Shown here: in pieces, positions 1-9,090 of the stretch
How the letters are laid out: each line of letters starts with the position of its first letter
Numbering within the stretch: position 1 is the first letter of the stretch
Origin: Candidatus Brocadiia bacterium
Lineage (GTDB): Bacteria; Planctomycetota; Brocadiia; CAIUPP01
Direction: 5' to 3'
DNA length: 64,000 nucleotides
NCBI GenBank assembly: GCA_050015075.1
Contig: JBEKCB010000009.1
Span: forward strand, 64,001-128,000
Made by a program: the position numbers and the translations under genes
The notes under the pieces: generated by a model
What the model was told of the DNA's origin: nothing
What the model saw: the letters and a program-made list of their open reading frames with translations, nothing else
Database searches by the model: none

Positions 1-411
1 AAGGACAAACAGGACGTGGGCAAGCGCCTGGCGCTCTGCGCGCTAGGCGGGACTTATGGAAAGAAGATCGCCTTCAGCGGCCCGCTCTGCAAGAGCGTCG
101 CCGTCGAAGGAGACAAAATTCGGATCGCCTTCGACCACGCCGGTGGCGGGCTGATCGCCGGCGAGAAGAAGGGGCTGGCGCCGGTCCAGGAAGCCAAGGA
201 CGGCAAGCTGAAATGGTTCGCGATCGCCGGCAAGGACAAAGTCTGGTACTGGGCGGATGCCGTCATTGACGGGCAGACCGTCCTCGTCAGCAGCGACAAA
301 GTCCCCGAGCCGGTCGCCGTCCGCTACGCATTCGCCATGAATCCCGAAGGCGCGAACCTCTACAACAAAGAAGGCCTGCCCGCCTCGCCGTTCAGGACGG
401 ATAGTTGGTGA
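1..411 (+). CDS. Sialate O-acetylesterase (SASA/9-O-acetylesterase) family protein, C-terminal part; truncated by the window edge
   Basis: Frame is open from base 1 (KDKQDVGKRLA...). It ends with the typical tail 'PVAVRYAF..NP..ANLYNKEGLPASPFRTD'. Confidence 0.8.
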   Translation, partial: KDKQDVGKRLALCALGGTYGKKIAFSGPLCKSVAVEGDKIRIAFDHAGGGLIAGEKKGLAPVQEAKDGKLKWFAIAGKDKVWYWADAVIDGQTVLVSSDKVPEPVAVRYAFAMNPEGANLYNKEGLPASPFRTDSW

Positions 412-429
412 AGTTGATCGCGACGCTCA

Positions 430-458
430 TCGGCGGTCCGCGCTGCGCGGACCGCCGA
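430..458. terminator. GC-rich hairpin downstream of the esterase gene
   Basis: Inverted repeat TCGGCGGTCCGCGC-T-GCGCGGACCGCCGA followed by GAAAA. Confidence 0.55.
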
Positions 459-466
459 GAAAATAC

Positions 467-495
467 TTGACAGCGACAACTCGACCGTTTAGTCT
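467..495 (+). promoter_or_regulatory. Sigma70-type promoter for sod
   Basis: TTGACA (467-472), 17-nt spacer, TAGTCT (490-495). Confidence 0.5.
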
Positions 496-710
496 CAAGT
501 ATGGAGGCGGACTGTCCGTGGGGAGGACAGTCGAGTGGGGAATCCCGGATTGCCGCAGAGCCGTCATGTCGGCGCGCGTGTACCGCGCTCGCAACCAGGC
601 GGGGCTGCCGCTCCGATGCAGAGTTGAATCCGGACTGGCACCAGATTCAGGAGTTCGAAGGGGACGGAAGGTCGCGGCCTTTCACGAAAGGGGTCAAAGT
701 GGGGAAGGAG

Positions 711-1460
711 ATGAGCCGCCGCGATTTCCTGACGTACTCTCTGGCGGCGGGCGCCGGCGCGGTTCTTTTCGGCGTGCCCGGAAGCCGCTCGGCGGTCGCC
801 CAGTCGCCTGCCGCGGAAAAGGATAATGGTGGTTCCGTCGCACTGGCCCGTGATGAAAAGGAGAATGCCATGCCGTTCGCATTGCCGCCGCTGCCGTATG
901 ACAAGGCCGCTCTCGCGCCGTACCTGAGCGCCGAGACGCTGGAGTATCATTACGGCAAGCATCACCAGGCGTACGTGAATAACCTCAACAAGCTGACCGA
1001 GGGCAAGCCGGAGGCGAAGCAGTCGCTGGAGAAGATCATCATGTCCGCCGCGCCCGGCGGTCTGTTCAATAACGCCGCGCAGGATTGGAACCACACGTTT
1101 TACTGGAACAGCATCAAGCCCAACGGCGGCGGCGAGCCGACCGGCAAATTGAGCGCGGCGATCGAGCGCGACTTCGAGTCGTTCGCGAAGTTCAAAGAGC
1201 AGTTGACCGCCGCGGCGGCGACGCTCTTCGGCTCGGGCTGGACCTGGCTGGCGCTCGACGGCGGCAAGCTGAAGATCGTGCAGACCAAGGACGCCGACCT
1301 GCCGATGAAGCACGACCAGGTCGCGCTGCTGACGATTGACGTGTGGGAACACGCCTACTACATTGACTACCGGAACGCGCGGCCGAAGTACATCGAGGCG
1401 TTCCTCGAGCACCTGGTCAACTGGGATTTCGCCGCAGCCAATCTCGCCAAGGCAAAGTGA
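711..1460 (+). CDS. sodB: Fe/Mn superoxide dismutase (Fe-type signature) with a Tat-like leader; alternative start at 870
   Basis: Motifs LPPLPY, HYGKHHQAYV, FNNAAQxWNHTFYW, FGSGW and DVWEHAYY. AAGGAG RBS before ATG 711 (MSRRDFL...) and before ATG 870. Confidence 0.92.
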   Translation: MSRRDFLTYSLAAGAGAVLFGVPGSRSAVAQSPAAEKDNGGSVALARDEKENAMPFALPPLPYDKAALAPYLSAETLEYHYGKHHQAYVNNLNKLTEGKPEAKQSLEKIIMSAAPGGLFNNAAQDWNHTFYWNSIKPNGGGEPTGKLSAAIERDFESFAKFKEQLTAAAATLFGSGWTWLALDGGKLKIVQTKDADLPMKHDQVALLTIDVWEHAYYIDYRNARPKYIEAFLEHLVNWDFAAANLAKAK

Positions 1461-1475
1461 TAGAACTGAACAAAC

Positions 1476-1509
1476 TAAGGACCTGGCCGCCTGAGCGGCC
1501 AGGTCCTTA
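1476..1509. terminator. Probable bidirectional intrinsic terminator between convergent genes
   Basis: Perfect inverted repeat TAAGGACCTGGCCGC-CTGA-GCGGCCAGGTCCTTA with AT-rich flanks. Confidence 0.75.
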
Positions 1510-1554
1510 ATTAATCAGCATTCGGCATTCGGCAATCGCCAATCGGCAATCCCG

Positions 1555-1785
1555 TTAGTGTCCGCATCCCGCGCAATTCGACCGCCGGCATCCGCCGCAC
1601 GAGGCGCCGGATGAAGCCTCGGACCTTCCGGCCGAACCGCTGCTCATGCCGAAGACGGAGAACTGCCGCTGCGTCTTGCGGCTGCGGCACTTCGGGCACG
1701 CGGGCGGTTTCACCTCGCCGCTCGACCGGAACAGTTCCTCGAACTCTTTCCCGCATGCGCTGCATTGGTATTCGTAAATCGGCAT
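1555..1785 (-). CDS. FmdB-family zinc ribbon protein (CxxC_CxxC_SSSS)
   Basis: MPIYEYQCSACG..FE...CPKC.S and a C-terminal CGGC....CAGC. Confidence 0.9.
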   Translation of the reverse strand: MPIYEYQCSACGKEFEELFRSSGEVKPPACPKCRSRKTQRQFSVFGMSSGSAGRSEASSGASCGGCRRSNCAGCGH

Positions 1786-1807
1786 CGGCGGCGTTCCCTG
1801 TAAAAAC

Positions 1808-2386
1808 CTATCGCGGCAGCACGCGCAGCGGGTCCACGAACTGATCGTTCTCCATGACGCGGAATTGAAGCTCCGCCCTGCTCGCGCCGCTCGAAGGACC
1901 GACGGTGGCGATCGCTTCGCCCTGCTTGACCCACGTCCCGTGCGTCACGAGGATCTCGCCCAGGCGCCCGTAATACGTCGCGCTGCCGTCCTCCTGCTCG
2001 AGCACGATCACCTTGCCGTACTCGGGCGTCTTCTCGAAGATGTTCACGCGCCCGCTCTTGGCCGCGACCACCGTCTGCCCGGCCGTGGCGCGGATGTCCA
2101 CGCCGGAACCGCTCTCCATGAACCGCGCAACGATTTCTCCCCGCAGCGGCCACACGAAGCGCGGCTCGGCCGGAATCGGGCCGCTGTATCCGGGATTGCG
2201 CACCGCCACCGGCGGCTTTGGCGTCGCGATCTCGACGGTTTCGGCGGGCGCGGGCGGCGTGATCGTGTAAGCGGCCGGCCGCACCGGTGCGGGCCTTACG
2301 CACCCGGCCGGAATCGCGGCCAGCAACAGGCCGGCGACTCCGGCGCACCGGCGCCACAGGCTCATGCTCACGGCTGATCCGCCCAT
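1808..2386 (-). CDS. M23 family peptidase / NlpD-like lipoprotein
   Basis: Lipobox-like IPAGC, FVWPLRG, GVDI, YG.VIVL, ELQFRV and VDPL. The zinc-ligand histidines appear to be missing (YYGRL, AELQF), so it may be an EnvC/NlpD-like inactive activator. Start is 2386 or 2365. Confidence 0.75.
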   Translation of the reverse strand: MGGSAVSMSLWRRCAGVAGLLLAAIPAGCVRPAPVRPAAYTITPPAPAETVEIATPKPPVAVRNPGYSGPIPAEPRFVWPLRGEIVARFMESGSGVDIRATAGQTVVAAKSGRVNIFEKTPEYGKVIVLEQEDGSATYYGRLGEILVTHGTWVKQGEAIATVGPSSGASRAELQFRVMENDQFVDPLRVLPR

Positions 2387-2399
2387 CGTTATAAAATTA

Positions 2400-2474
2400 T
2401 GGAGCGGCGGAAGGGACTCGAACCCTCGACGTGCAGCTTGGGAAGCTGCCATTCTACCACTGAATTACCGCCGC
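2400..2474 (-). tRNA. tRNA-Gly (anticodon CCC) with encoded CCA
   Basis: Reverse complement reads GCGGCGGTAATTCAGTGGTAGAATGGCAGCTTCCCAAGCTGCACGTCGAGGGTTCGAGTCCCTTCCGCCGCTCCA: a cloverleaf with TTCGA T-loop and TTCCCAA anticodon loop. Confidence 0.96.
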
Positions 2475-2520
2475 CTCACTTGGCGCGAAAGCGTCGTCGC
2501 GCCGCAATGAATCCTCGGCG

Positions 2521-2550
2521 ATTATATCGTCCGCCGTTCTCCTCCGTCAA
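2521..2550 (-). promoter_or_regulatory. Sigma70 promoter of tRNA-Gly
   Basis: Minus strand TTGACG, 18-nt spacer, TATAAT. Confidence 0.6.
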
Positions 2551-2570
2551 GTTGCGCTCCCGCCGCCGCC

Positions 2571-2599
2571 TTGACAGGCCCGGCGCGGGAGACCATAAT
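2571..2599 (+). promoter_or_regulatory. Sigma70 promoter of the aroA'/aroB' pair, divergent from the tRNA
   Basis: TTGACA, 17-nt spacer, CATAAT. Confidence 0.6.
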
Positions 2600-2656
2600 T
2601 CGGCAGGAAGGCGCGCCGCAGCAGCCCGCGCCGCGCGAGGTTTTGGAGGCCATAAG

Positions 2657-3460
2657 ATGATCGGCAAAACGATCCGGCTCGAACGCATCATTGACCGCAA
2701 TTCCGGCCGCACGGTCATCGTGCCGATGGACCACGGCATCACCCTGGGTCCGATCCGCGGGCTGGAGGACATGCGCACGACCGTCGAGCGGATCGTCGCC
2801 GGCGGCGCCAACGCGATCATCGAACACAAGGGCATCGTCGTCTCCGGGCATCGCGGCTCGGGAAGGGACATCGGGCTGATCGTCCACCTCTCGGCGAGCA
2901 CGTCGCTCAGCCCGGACCCGGACTCCAAAGTCGGCGTCACCGAGGTCGAGGAGGCGATCCGCATCGGCGCGGACGGCGTCTCCGTGCACGTGAACCTCGG
3001 CGCCTCGACGGAGATGGAGATGCTCCGCAACCTCGGCCGCACGGCGCGCAAGTGCAGCGACTGGGGCATTCCGCTCCTGGCGATGATGTACACGCGCGGC
3101 GAGAAAATCCAAAACCCGTTCGACGTCAAGTACGTCAAGCACGCCGCGCGCGTCGGCGCGGAACTCGGCGCGGACGTCGTCAAGGTCGTCTACACCGGCG
3201 CGGTCGAGAGCTTCCGCGAGGTCGTCGCCGGCTGCCCGGTGCCGGTCCTGATCGCCGGCGGCGAGAAGATGGAATCCGACGAGGAATTGCTCACGGTCGT
3301 CGCCGGCGCGCTCAAGGCCGGGTGCGCCGGCGTCAGCATCGGCCGCAACGTCTTCCAGCACCGGAACCCGATGCGGATGATCGAGGCGATCAGCGCGCTG
3401 GTGCACCGGAACAAGAGCGTCGCCGAGGGGCTCAGGATTCTCAAAAAAAGGCAGCAATGA
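2657..3460 (+). CDS. 2-amino-3,7-dideoxy-D-threo-hept-6-ulosonate (ADH) synthase, DhnA-type class I aldolase (AroA')
   Basis: [41 protein letters not shown] (Schiff-base Lys), GRNVFQ. GGAGG RBS. Coupled to DHQ synthase II. Confidence 0.85.
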   Translation: MIGKTIRLERIIDRNSGRTVIVPMDHGITLGPIRGLEDMRTTVERIVAGGANAIIEHKGIVVSGHRGSGRDIGLIVHLSASTSLSPDPDSKVGVTEVEEAIRIGADGVSVHVNLGASTEMEMLRNLGRTARKCSDWGIPLLAMMYTRGEKIQNPFDVKYVKHAARVGAELGADVVKVVYTGAVESFREVVAGCPVPVLIAGGEKMESDEELLTVVAGALKAGCAGVSIGRNVFQHRNPMRMIEAISALVHRNKSVAEGLRILKKRQQ

Positions 3461-4449
3461 AAAAAGTCTGGGTGCAGATCATCCCGTGGGACAAGCCGCT
3501 CGCGCTCGCGGCGCTGGAGGGCGGCGCGGACGCGGTGGTGCTGGCCGCCGGCGACGCGCCGCGCATGCGCGAACTCGGCCGCATGACCGTCGTCGCGCCC
3601 GACGGCGACCTGCGCCCCGGCCGCGACCTGACGGAGATGGAGATCCGCTCGAAGGCCGACGAGCGCGCCGCCGCCGCCGCGCCGGGGAACCGCACGCTGC
3701 TGCTGCGCATGGCCGATTGGACGATCATCCCGCTGGAGAACCTCATCGCGCAGCGCGGCAACATCCTCGTCGAGGTCGCCGGCGCCGAGGCCGCGCGCAC
3801 CGCCGCCGGCATCCTGGAAAAAGGCGTGGACGGCGTCGTCCTCGCCGCGCGCGACCCGGAGGAAGTCCGCAGGACCATCCGGCTCGTCCGGGAGATCGGC
3901 GAGTCGCTCGCGCTCGAGACCGCCGCGGTCGTCGAAGTCCGCACGCTCGGCATGGGCGACCGCGTCTGCGTGGACACCTGCACGCAGATGGAGCCCGGCC
4001 AGGGAATGCTCGTCGGCAACACCACCGAGGGCTTCCTGCTCGTCCACAGCGAGAGCATCGAGAACCCGTACGTCGCCGCTCGGCCGTTCCGCGTCAACGC
4101 CGGCGCCGTGCACGCCTACGCGCTGTGCCCCGGCGGCCGGACGCGCTACCTGAGCGAGCTGAAGGCCGGCGACGAGGTCCTGATCGTGGACCACGCCGGC
4201 CGCACGCAGGTGGCCTACATCGGCCGCGCCAAAGTCGAGCGCCGACCGCTGATGCTCGTCCGGGCCGAACTCGCCGGAAAGGAAATCGCGCTCGTCCTCC
4301 AGAACGCCGAGACCATCCGCCTGACCGCGCCCGGCGGCAAGCCGATCAGCGTCGCCGCCCTCAAGCCCGGCGACCCGGTCCTCGCCCACCTCATGGGCGG
4401 CGCGCGCCATTTCGGCATGAAGGTCACCGAGACGCTGAGGGAGCGATGA
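3457..4449 (+). CDS. 3-dehydroquinate synthase II (AroB', MJ1249 family)
   Basis: [53 protein letters not shown] overlap with the upstream stop. Confidence 0.92.
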   Translation: MKKVWVQIIPWDKPLALAALEGGADAVVLAAGDAPRMRELGRMTVVAPDGDLRPGRDLTEMEIRSKADERAAAAAPGNRTLLLRMADWTIIPLENLIAQRGNILVEVAGAEAARTAAGILEKGVDGVVLAARDPEEVRRTIRLVREIGESLALETAAVVEVRTLGMGDRVCVDTCTQMEPGQGMLVGNTTEGFLLVHSESIENPYVAARPFRVNAGAVHAYALCPGGRTRYLSELKAGDEVLIVDHAGRTQVAYIGRAKVERRPLMLVRAELAGKEIALVLQNAETIRLTAPGGKPISVAALKPGDPVLAHLMGGARHFGMKVTETLRER

Positions 4450-4476
4450 CCAAGCGTGGCCCGGCGCGCCGTAAAT

Positions 4477-4546
4477 CGTCCTCGTCCACGGCCTCGTCCT
4501 CGAACTGGTTCTAACGACCGAGGACGACGACGAGGCCGAGGACGAT
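4477..4546. repeat. Palindromic REP-like element, (CTCGTC)n ... (GACGAG)n
   Basis: TCGTCCTCGTCCACGGCCTCGTCCTCG ... CGAGGACGACGACGAGGCCGAGGACGA. Confidence 0.6.
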
Positions 4547-4568
4547 CGGCAGGAACGCTCAAGGAGCA

Positions 4569-5204
4569 ATGAACGTGAAGAGGAAAGCCATCCGTCGTCC
4601 GGCGCGCAGCGCGCAGGAACTGCCCGCTTTCGACCCGGCGCCTTCGGCCAGGGCCGGCGTCGAGATTCTGGAACAGGCGGGTGTCGGCTATGCGCTCGTC
4701 GGCCGCGTGGCGGTGTGGCTTTATCTGCCGCCGGAGCAGCACGCCTATACGAAGGACGTGGATTTCGCAGTTTTCCACGACGACCTCGGCCGCATCGCCA
4801 GGGCGTCCGTCGCCAAGGGCTACCGTCTCAAGCCGCTCAGCATCGGAGGGTTCGCGGTCCGCGGCGGGCCGGTGACGGTGGATTTCGTTGATCGTCATCC
4901 GGAGCTCTCGAACCTGTTCGCCGGCGCCATCCGCGCCGCCCGCAGAAGCGGGCCCAGGTTCGCGGTGGGGAAATTGAAAGTGCCCGTGGTCCCGAAGAAC
5001 TACCTGGTCGCCATGAAGATCGCCACCATGGAGGACAAAGACGAACAAGACGCGGCGTCGCTCATCATGACCGTTTCGCCGGAGGGCTACCGCGCGCTGC
5101 GGTCGTTCGTCCGGCGGCAGCTCGGACCGCTGCTGGCCCTCCGCCTCGACGCGATCGCTCGAAGGGCGGGGCACGCCGGCGCCGTGCGGGCCGAGTACCG
5201 ATAG
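4569..5204 (+). CDS. Putative nucleotidyltransferase (pol-beta-like, AbiEii/DUF6036-like)
   Basis: YALVGRVAV...YTKDVDF and LVAMK...KDEQD. AAGGAG RBS. Confidence 0.65.
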   Translation: MNVKRKAIRRPARSAQELPAFDPAPSARAGVEILEQAGVGYALVGRVAVWLYLPPEQHAYTKDVDFAVFHDDLGRIARASVAKGYRLKPLSIGGFAVRGGPVTVDFVDRHPELSNLFAGAIRAARRSGPRFAVGKLKVPVVPKNYLVAMKIATMEDKDEQDAASLIMTVSPEGYRALRSFVRRQLGPLLALRLDAIARRAGHAGAVRAEYR

Positions 5205-5296
5205 CGCCGCATGCTCTTGGACCCGAAGCCGGTAATCCGTGGCCATCCGTGCAATCCGTGGCTAAGGCGGCTTCTTTGTTTATATAAAGAGCAATA

Positions 5297-6139
5297 ATGA
5301 CTGCGCTTGAATTCGTCCTCATCTGCTTCTTCGTCTCCATCGTCGGCGGGTTCATCGGCTCGCTGCTGGGGCTGGGCGGCGGGCTGATCGTGATCCCGAT
5401 GCTGACCCTGGCGCTGAAGGTGGACATCCGCTACGCCATCGGCGCGAGCATCGTCTCGATCATCGCCACCTCCAGCGGCGCGGCGGCGGCGTACGTGCGC
5501 GAGCGCATGACGAACCTGCGCGTGGCGATGGTGCTCGAGATCGCCACGACGCTCGGCGCGCTGACCGGCGGTTACATGGCCGGCCGGATCGCCGGGCGCT
5601 GGCTGTTCGTGGTCTTCGGCGTCGTCATGGCCGCCTCGGCGGTGATGATGCTGCGCAAGCGCCGCAACCTGGCCAGCGACGAAGGCGAGGGCACGCCGTG
5701 GGCGAATTACCTGCGCCTGCACGGCAGTTATTACGACGGCGCGCTCCAGAAGGAAGTGCCTTACCGCGTCGTCCGCGCGCGCCTGGGGCTGGGGCTCATG
5801 TACATTGCGGGCATGATGAGCGGGTTGCTGGGCATCGGCTCCGGCGTGCTCAAGGTGCCGGCGATGGACCTGGGCATGCGCCTGCCGATCAAGGTCTCCA
5901 CCGCAACGAGCAACTTCATGATCGGCGTCACCGCCGCCGCCAGCGCGGGGCTGTACTTCGCGCGCGGCGACATCAACCCGTTCATCGCCGGGCCGGTCGC
6001 GGCCGGGATTCTCGTCGGCGCGATGGTCGGCGCGCGCGTCATGGGCCGGCTGCATAACGCCCTCATCCGGTACGTCTTCGTGGTCGTGTTGCTCATCGTC
6101 TCGGTGCAGATGCTTCTCAGGGGACTGAAAGGAAATTAA
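5297..6139 (+). CDS. TauE/SafE (TSUP) family sulfite exporter
   Basis: GSLLGLGGGLIVIP, SGLLGIGSG, STATSNFMIGVT; multiple TM helices. Confidence 0.9.
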   Translation: MTALEFVLICFFVSIVGGFIGSLLGLGGGLIVIPMLTLALKVDIRYAIGASIVSIIATSSGAAAAYVRERMTNLRVAMVLEIATTLGALTGGYMAGRIAGRWLFVVFGVVMAASAVMMLRKRRNLASDEGEGTPWANYLRLHGSYYDGALQKEVPYRVVRARLGLGLMYIAGMMSGLLGIGSGVLKVPAMDLGMRLPIKVSTATSNFMIGVTAAASAGLYFARGDINPFIAGPVAAGILVGAMVGARVMGRLHNALIRYVFVVVLLIVSVQMLLRGLKGN

Positions 6140-6573
6140 TGACCTCCAACGGCTCCGACGCGGCATCGCCTTCCGCTCCGCCAGAGGACCGGCGCGTGGT
6201 GCGCGTGGAAATCGTCATCAGTTGGGTGCTGCGCGTCGGCGTCGTCACGAGCCTGGCGGTCGTCCTCGTCGGCCTGGTGCTGATCTTCGTGCACCATCCG
6301 GAACTCCTGACCTCGACCACGCGATTGCAGGACCTCACGCAGCGCGGCGCCGTTTTCCCGCACACCCTGTCGGAGGTGTTCCAGGGCGCGCTGCGCACGC
6401 GGGGCGAAGCGATCGTCGCGGTCGGCCTGTTGCTGCTGATCCTCACCCCGGTCACCCGCGTCGCCGTCTCGATCCTGGCGTTCGTCTACCAGCGCGACCG
6501 CGCCTACACGTTCATCACGCTGACCGTCCTCATCATCCTGCTGATGTCCTTCGTGATCGGCCGGCTGGAGTAG
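6139..6573 (+). CDS. DUF1634 family membrane protein (usual TauE partner)
   Basis: ISWVLRVGV and GLLLLILTPVTRV. The start overlaps the TauE stop. Confidence 0.85.
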   Translation: MTSNGSDAASPSAPPEDRRVVRVEIVISWVLRVGVVTSLAVVLVGLVLIFVHHPELLTSTTRLQDLTQRGAVFPHTLSEVFQGALRTRGEAIVAVGLLLLILTPVTRVAVSILAFVYQRDRAYTFITLTVLIILLMSFVIGRLE

Positions 6574-6589
6574 GCTGCGCAGCGGAAGC

Positions 6590-6618
6590 TTGACCTCCAA
6601 TGCCGCGCCTGATATACT
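6590..6618 (+). promoter_or_regulatory. Sigma70 promoter of etfB
   Basis: TTGACC, 17-nt spacer, TATACT. Confidence 0.55.
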
Positions 6619-6726
6619 CCGCTTCCCGAATGCCCGTGTTCACGCAAACAGGCGGACGCCTTGTCCGCTTGCGCCTGACGGAGCCGGGCGCAATGTTCCT
6701 CCTGGTCTCTGAAGTAAGGTGGCACT

Positions 6727-7653
6727 ATGCCATATCACTGCATCGTGCTCGCGAAGCAGGTCCCGGACACGAAGAACATCACCGGGCAGGCGATGAAGGA
6801 CGACGGCACGGTCAACCGCGCCGCGCTGCCGGCGATCTTCAACCCCGAGGACCTCAACGCGCTGGAGCTGGCGCTGGACCTGCGCGACCGGTTCGGCGGG
6901 CGCGTGACGCTGATTACGATGGGGCCGCCGGCGGCGTGCGAGCTGCTGCGCGACGCGCTCTATCGCGGCGCGGATGAGGCGATCCTCCTGTCCGACCGCC
7001 GCTTCGCCGCCGCCGATACGCTGGCGACCTCCTACGCGCTCGGCTGCGCGATCCGCAAAATCGGCGACTTCGACCTGGTCATCGGCGGCCGGCAGGCGAT
7101 TGACGGCGATACCGCCCAGGTCGGCCCGCAGACGGCCGAGAAGCTCGGCATCAACCAGGTGACGTACGTGGAGAAAGTCCTGAAGCTCGACGGCCGCACG
7201 ATCGAGATCGAGCGCGCCATCGAGGGCGGGTTCGAGCGCGTCCGCGCGCAACTGCCGCTGCTGCTGACGGTAACCGGAACGGCGAACGAGCCGCGTCCGC
7301 CGCGCGCCAAGCGACTGCTCCAGTACCGCCGCTACACCACCGCGCCGGAGATCGCCGGCCGCATCCGCAAGCAGATCGAGCAGTCCGGCCGCACGCCGAC
7401 CGACGCCGAAATCGCCGCCGCGGCTGCCCCGCTCGTGGAGACCGCCGTCCGCGAGAAGCGGACCTTGACGCTCTGGGACGCCGATACCGTCGGCGCCGAC
7501 GCCGCCAGGATCGGCGGGCGCGGCTCGCCGACGAAGGTGAAAAAAATCGAGTCCATCGTCCTCAAGGGCCGCGACCTGGCCTGGATCGAGCCGAACGACG
7601 AGGGCGTCCGCGGGCTCGTGAAGGGACTCGTGGAAGAACATATCATCGGGTAA
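6727..7653 (+). CDS. etfB: Electron transfer flavoprotein beta subunit
   Basis: KQVPDT, NPEDLNALE, TMGPP, ADTLATS, GRQAIDGDTAQVGP. Confidence 0.95.
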   Translation: MPYHCIVLAKQVPDTKNITGQAMKDDGTVNRAALPAIFNPEDLNALELALDLRDRFGGRVTLITMGPPAACELLRDALYRGADEAILLSDRRFAAADTLATSYALGCAIRKIGDFDLVIGGRQAIDGDTAQVGPQTAEKLGINQVTYVEKVLKLDGRTIEIERAIEGGFERVRAQLPLLLTVTGTANEPRPPRAKRLLQYRRYTTAPEIAGRIRKQIEQSGRTPTDAEIAAAAAPLVETAVREKRTLTLWDADTVGADAARIGGRGSPTKVKKIESIVLKGRDLAWIEPNDEGVRGLVKGLVEEHIIG

Positions 7654-7713
7654 GAGACTTTCGCGCGCCGCGCGGCCACGGCCGAAAGGCAGAAAATTTA
7701 TCGCGCTATTCGC

Positions 7714-7742
7714 TTGACATACAAGAAAACTTATGATATACT
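7714..7742 (+). promoter_or_regulatory. Strong sigma70 promoter inside the etfB-etfA intergenic region
   Basis: TTGACA, 17-nt spacer, TATACT with extended TG. Confidence 0.65.
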
Positions 7743-7831
7743 CCCGCAAGCGAATGAGGGCTGAAGAGCGGCCGCGTGTCGAAGGTTGCAAGTTGTTGAC
7801 GGGGAAGAACCTAACGCGCAAAAAGCGAATT

Positions 7832-7975
7832 GAAAAAACGAATCCAAATTGATTTGAAAAAACGAACCCGGCTTGTCCTAAACTGTGGTTCGTAGCAAAA
7901 AGGAACGCGAGCGGGAATCACGTCTTAGGCAGGAACGAGGCGATCTGAAAAAACGAACCCAATTTGTCGTAAACT
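7832..7975 (+). repeat. Three copies of GAAAAAACGAA(T/C)CC
   Basis: Copies start near 7832, 7856 and 7947. Two are followed by TTGTC-N-TAAACTG. Confidence 0.7.
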
Positions 7976-7997
7976 GCTGTGCTGAGGAAGAAAACGA

Positions 7998-9014
7998 ATG
8001 TCAGGAAAGAACGACGTAATGGTGTTCGTCGAGCAGAACGAAGGCCGGGCCGCCGACGTCTCGCTCGAACTGGTCTGCAAGGGACGCGAGTTGGCCGACC
8101 GGCTGCGCGTGGGGCTCTCGGCGGTGGTCTGCGGCGAGCACATCGCCGGCCTCGCGGAGAAACTCGTGGCGCACGGCTGCGACGAGGTCCACGTCGCCGA
8201 AGACGCGCGGCTGCGGCAGTATCGCACGCTGCCCTACTCGCGCGTGGTGAGCGAGGTGATCCGCAAGGCGCAGCCGCAGATCGTCCTGTTCGGCGCCTCG
8301 CCCGTCGGCCGCGACCTGGCCCCGCGCATCGCCAGCGAACTGAAGGCCGGCCTCACCGCCGACTGCACCGACCTCCAGATCGGCGACCACTCCGAGCCGG
8401 GCGGCGGCAAGGAATACAAGGACCTGCTCTACCAGATCCGGCCCGCCTTCGGCGGCAACATCATCGCCACGATCGTCTGCCCCGAGACGCGCCCGCAGAT
8501 GGCCACCGTGCGCGAAGGCGTCATGAAGATGACCCCGCCCGACGCGAAGCGCAAGGGCAAAATCCTGCCCGCGAAGGCCGCGTTCCGCGACGAGGATTTC
8601 CTGCTGGAGATCCTCCACCGCGAGCACAAGGAGAAGACCGTCAACCTGCGCGCGGCGAACATCGTTGTCAGCGGCGGCGCCGGCGTCGGCAGCAAAGAGA
8701 ATTTCAAGCTGCTCTTCGACCTGGCGCATGCCATCGGCGGCGTGGTCGGCGCCTCGCGCTCGGCCGTGGACAGCGGCTTCATCCCGAAGGATCACCAGGT
8801 CGGCCAGACCGGCACCACGGTCCGGCCGAAACTCTATATCGCCTGCGGCATCTCCGGCGCCGTGCAGCACCGGGCGGGCATGCAGGAATCCGCGAAGATC
8901 ATCGCCATCAACACCGACCGCGAAGCGCCGATCTTCGACGTCGCGCACTACGGCATCGTCGGCGACCTGAACGTGGTCATCCCGATGCTCATCAAGGCGT
9001 ACAAGAGCAAATAA
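7998..9014 (+). CDS. etfA: Electron transfer flavoprotein alpha subunit
   Basis: GLTADCT, RPAFGGN, RPQMATVR, QVGQTG.TVRP, GISGAVQH. Confidence 0.95.
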   Translation: MSGKNDVMVFVEQNEGRAADVSLELVCKGRELADRLRVGLSAVVCGEHIAGLAEKLVAHGCDEVHVAEDARLRQYRTLPYSRVVSEVIRKAQPQIVLFGASPVGRDLAPRIASELKAGLTADCTDLQIGDHSEPGGGKEYKDLLYQIRPAFGGNIIATIVCPETRPQMATVREGVMKMTPPDAKRKGKILPAKAAFRDEDFLLEILHREHKEKTVNLRAANIVVSGGAGVGSKENFKLLFDLAHAIGGVVGASRSAVDSGFIPKDHQVGQTGTTVRPKLYIACGISGAVQHRAGMQESAKIIAINTDREAPIFDVAHYGIVGDLNVVIPMLIKAYKSK

Positions 9015-9090
9015 GAAGTATGAGTGATGAATGACGAAGCACTTCCTCATTCATCATTCGCAGTTCCGACTTCCATTGTGAGGTGAGCCC

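Noticed and set aside
500-710. Possible Mn-sensing or other riboswitch in the long sod leader
   Set aside because: I could not match the conserved yybP-ykoY or any other aptamer core by eye. An Infernal/Rfam scan would decide.
2400-2474. tRNA-Gly as an integration site
   Set aside because: No integrase and no duplicated tRNA 3' end were seen in the window.
2399-2656. N-terminal extensions of the aldolase and M23 ORFs
   Set aside because: They run across tRNA-Gly and the promoters. The downstream starts fit the families better.
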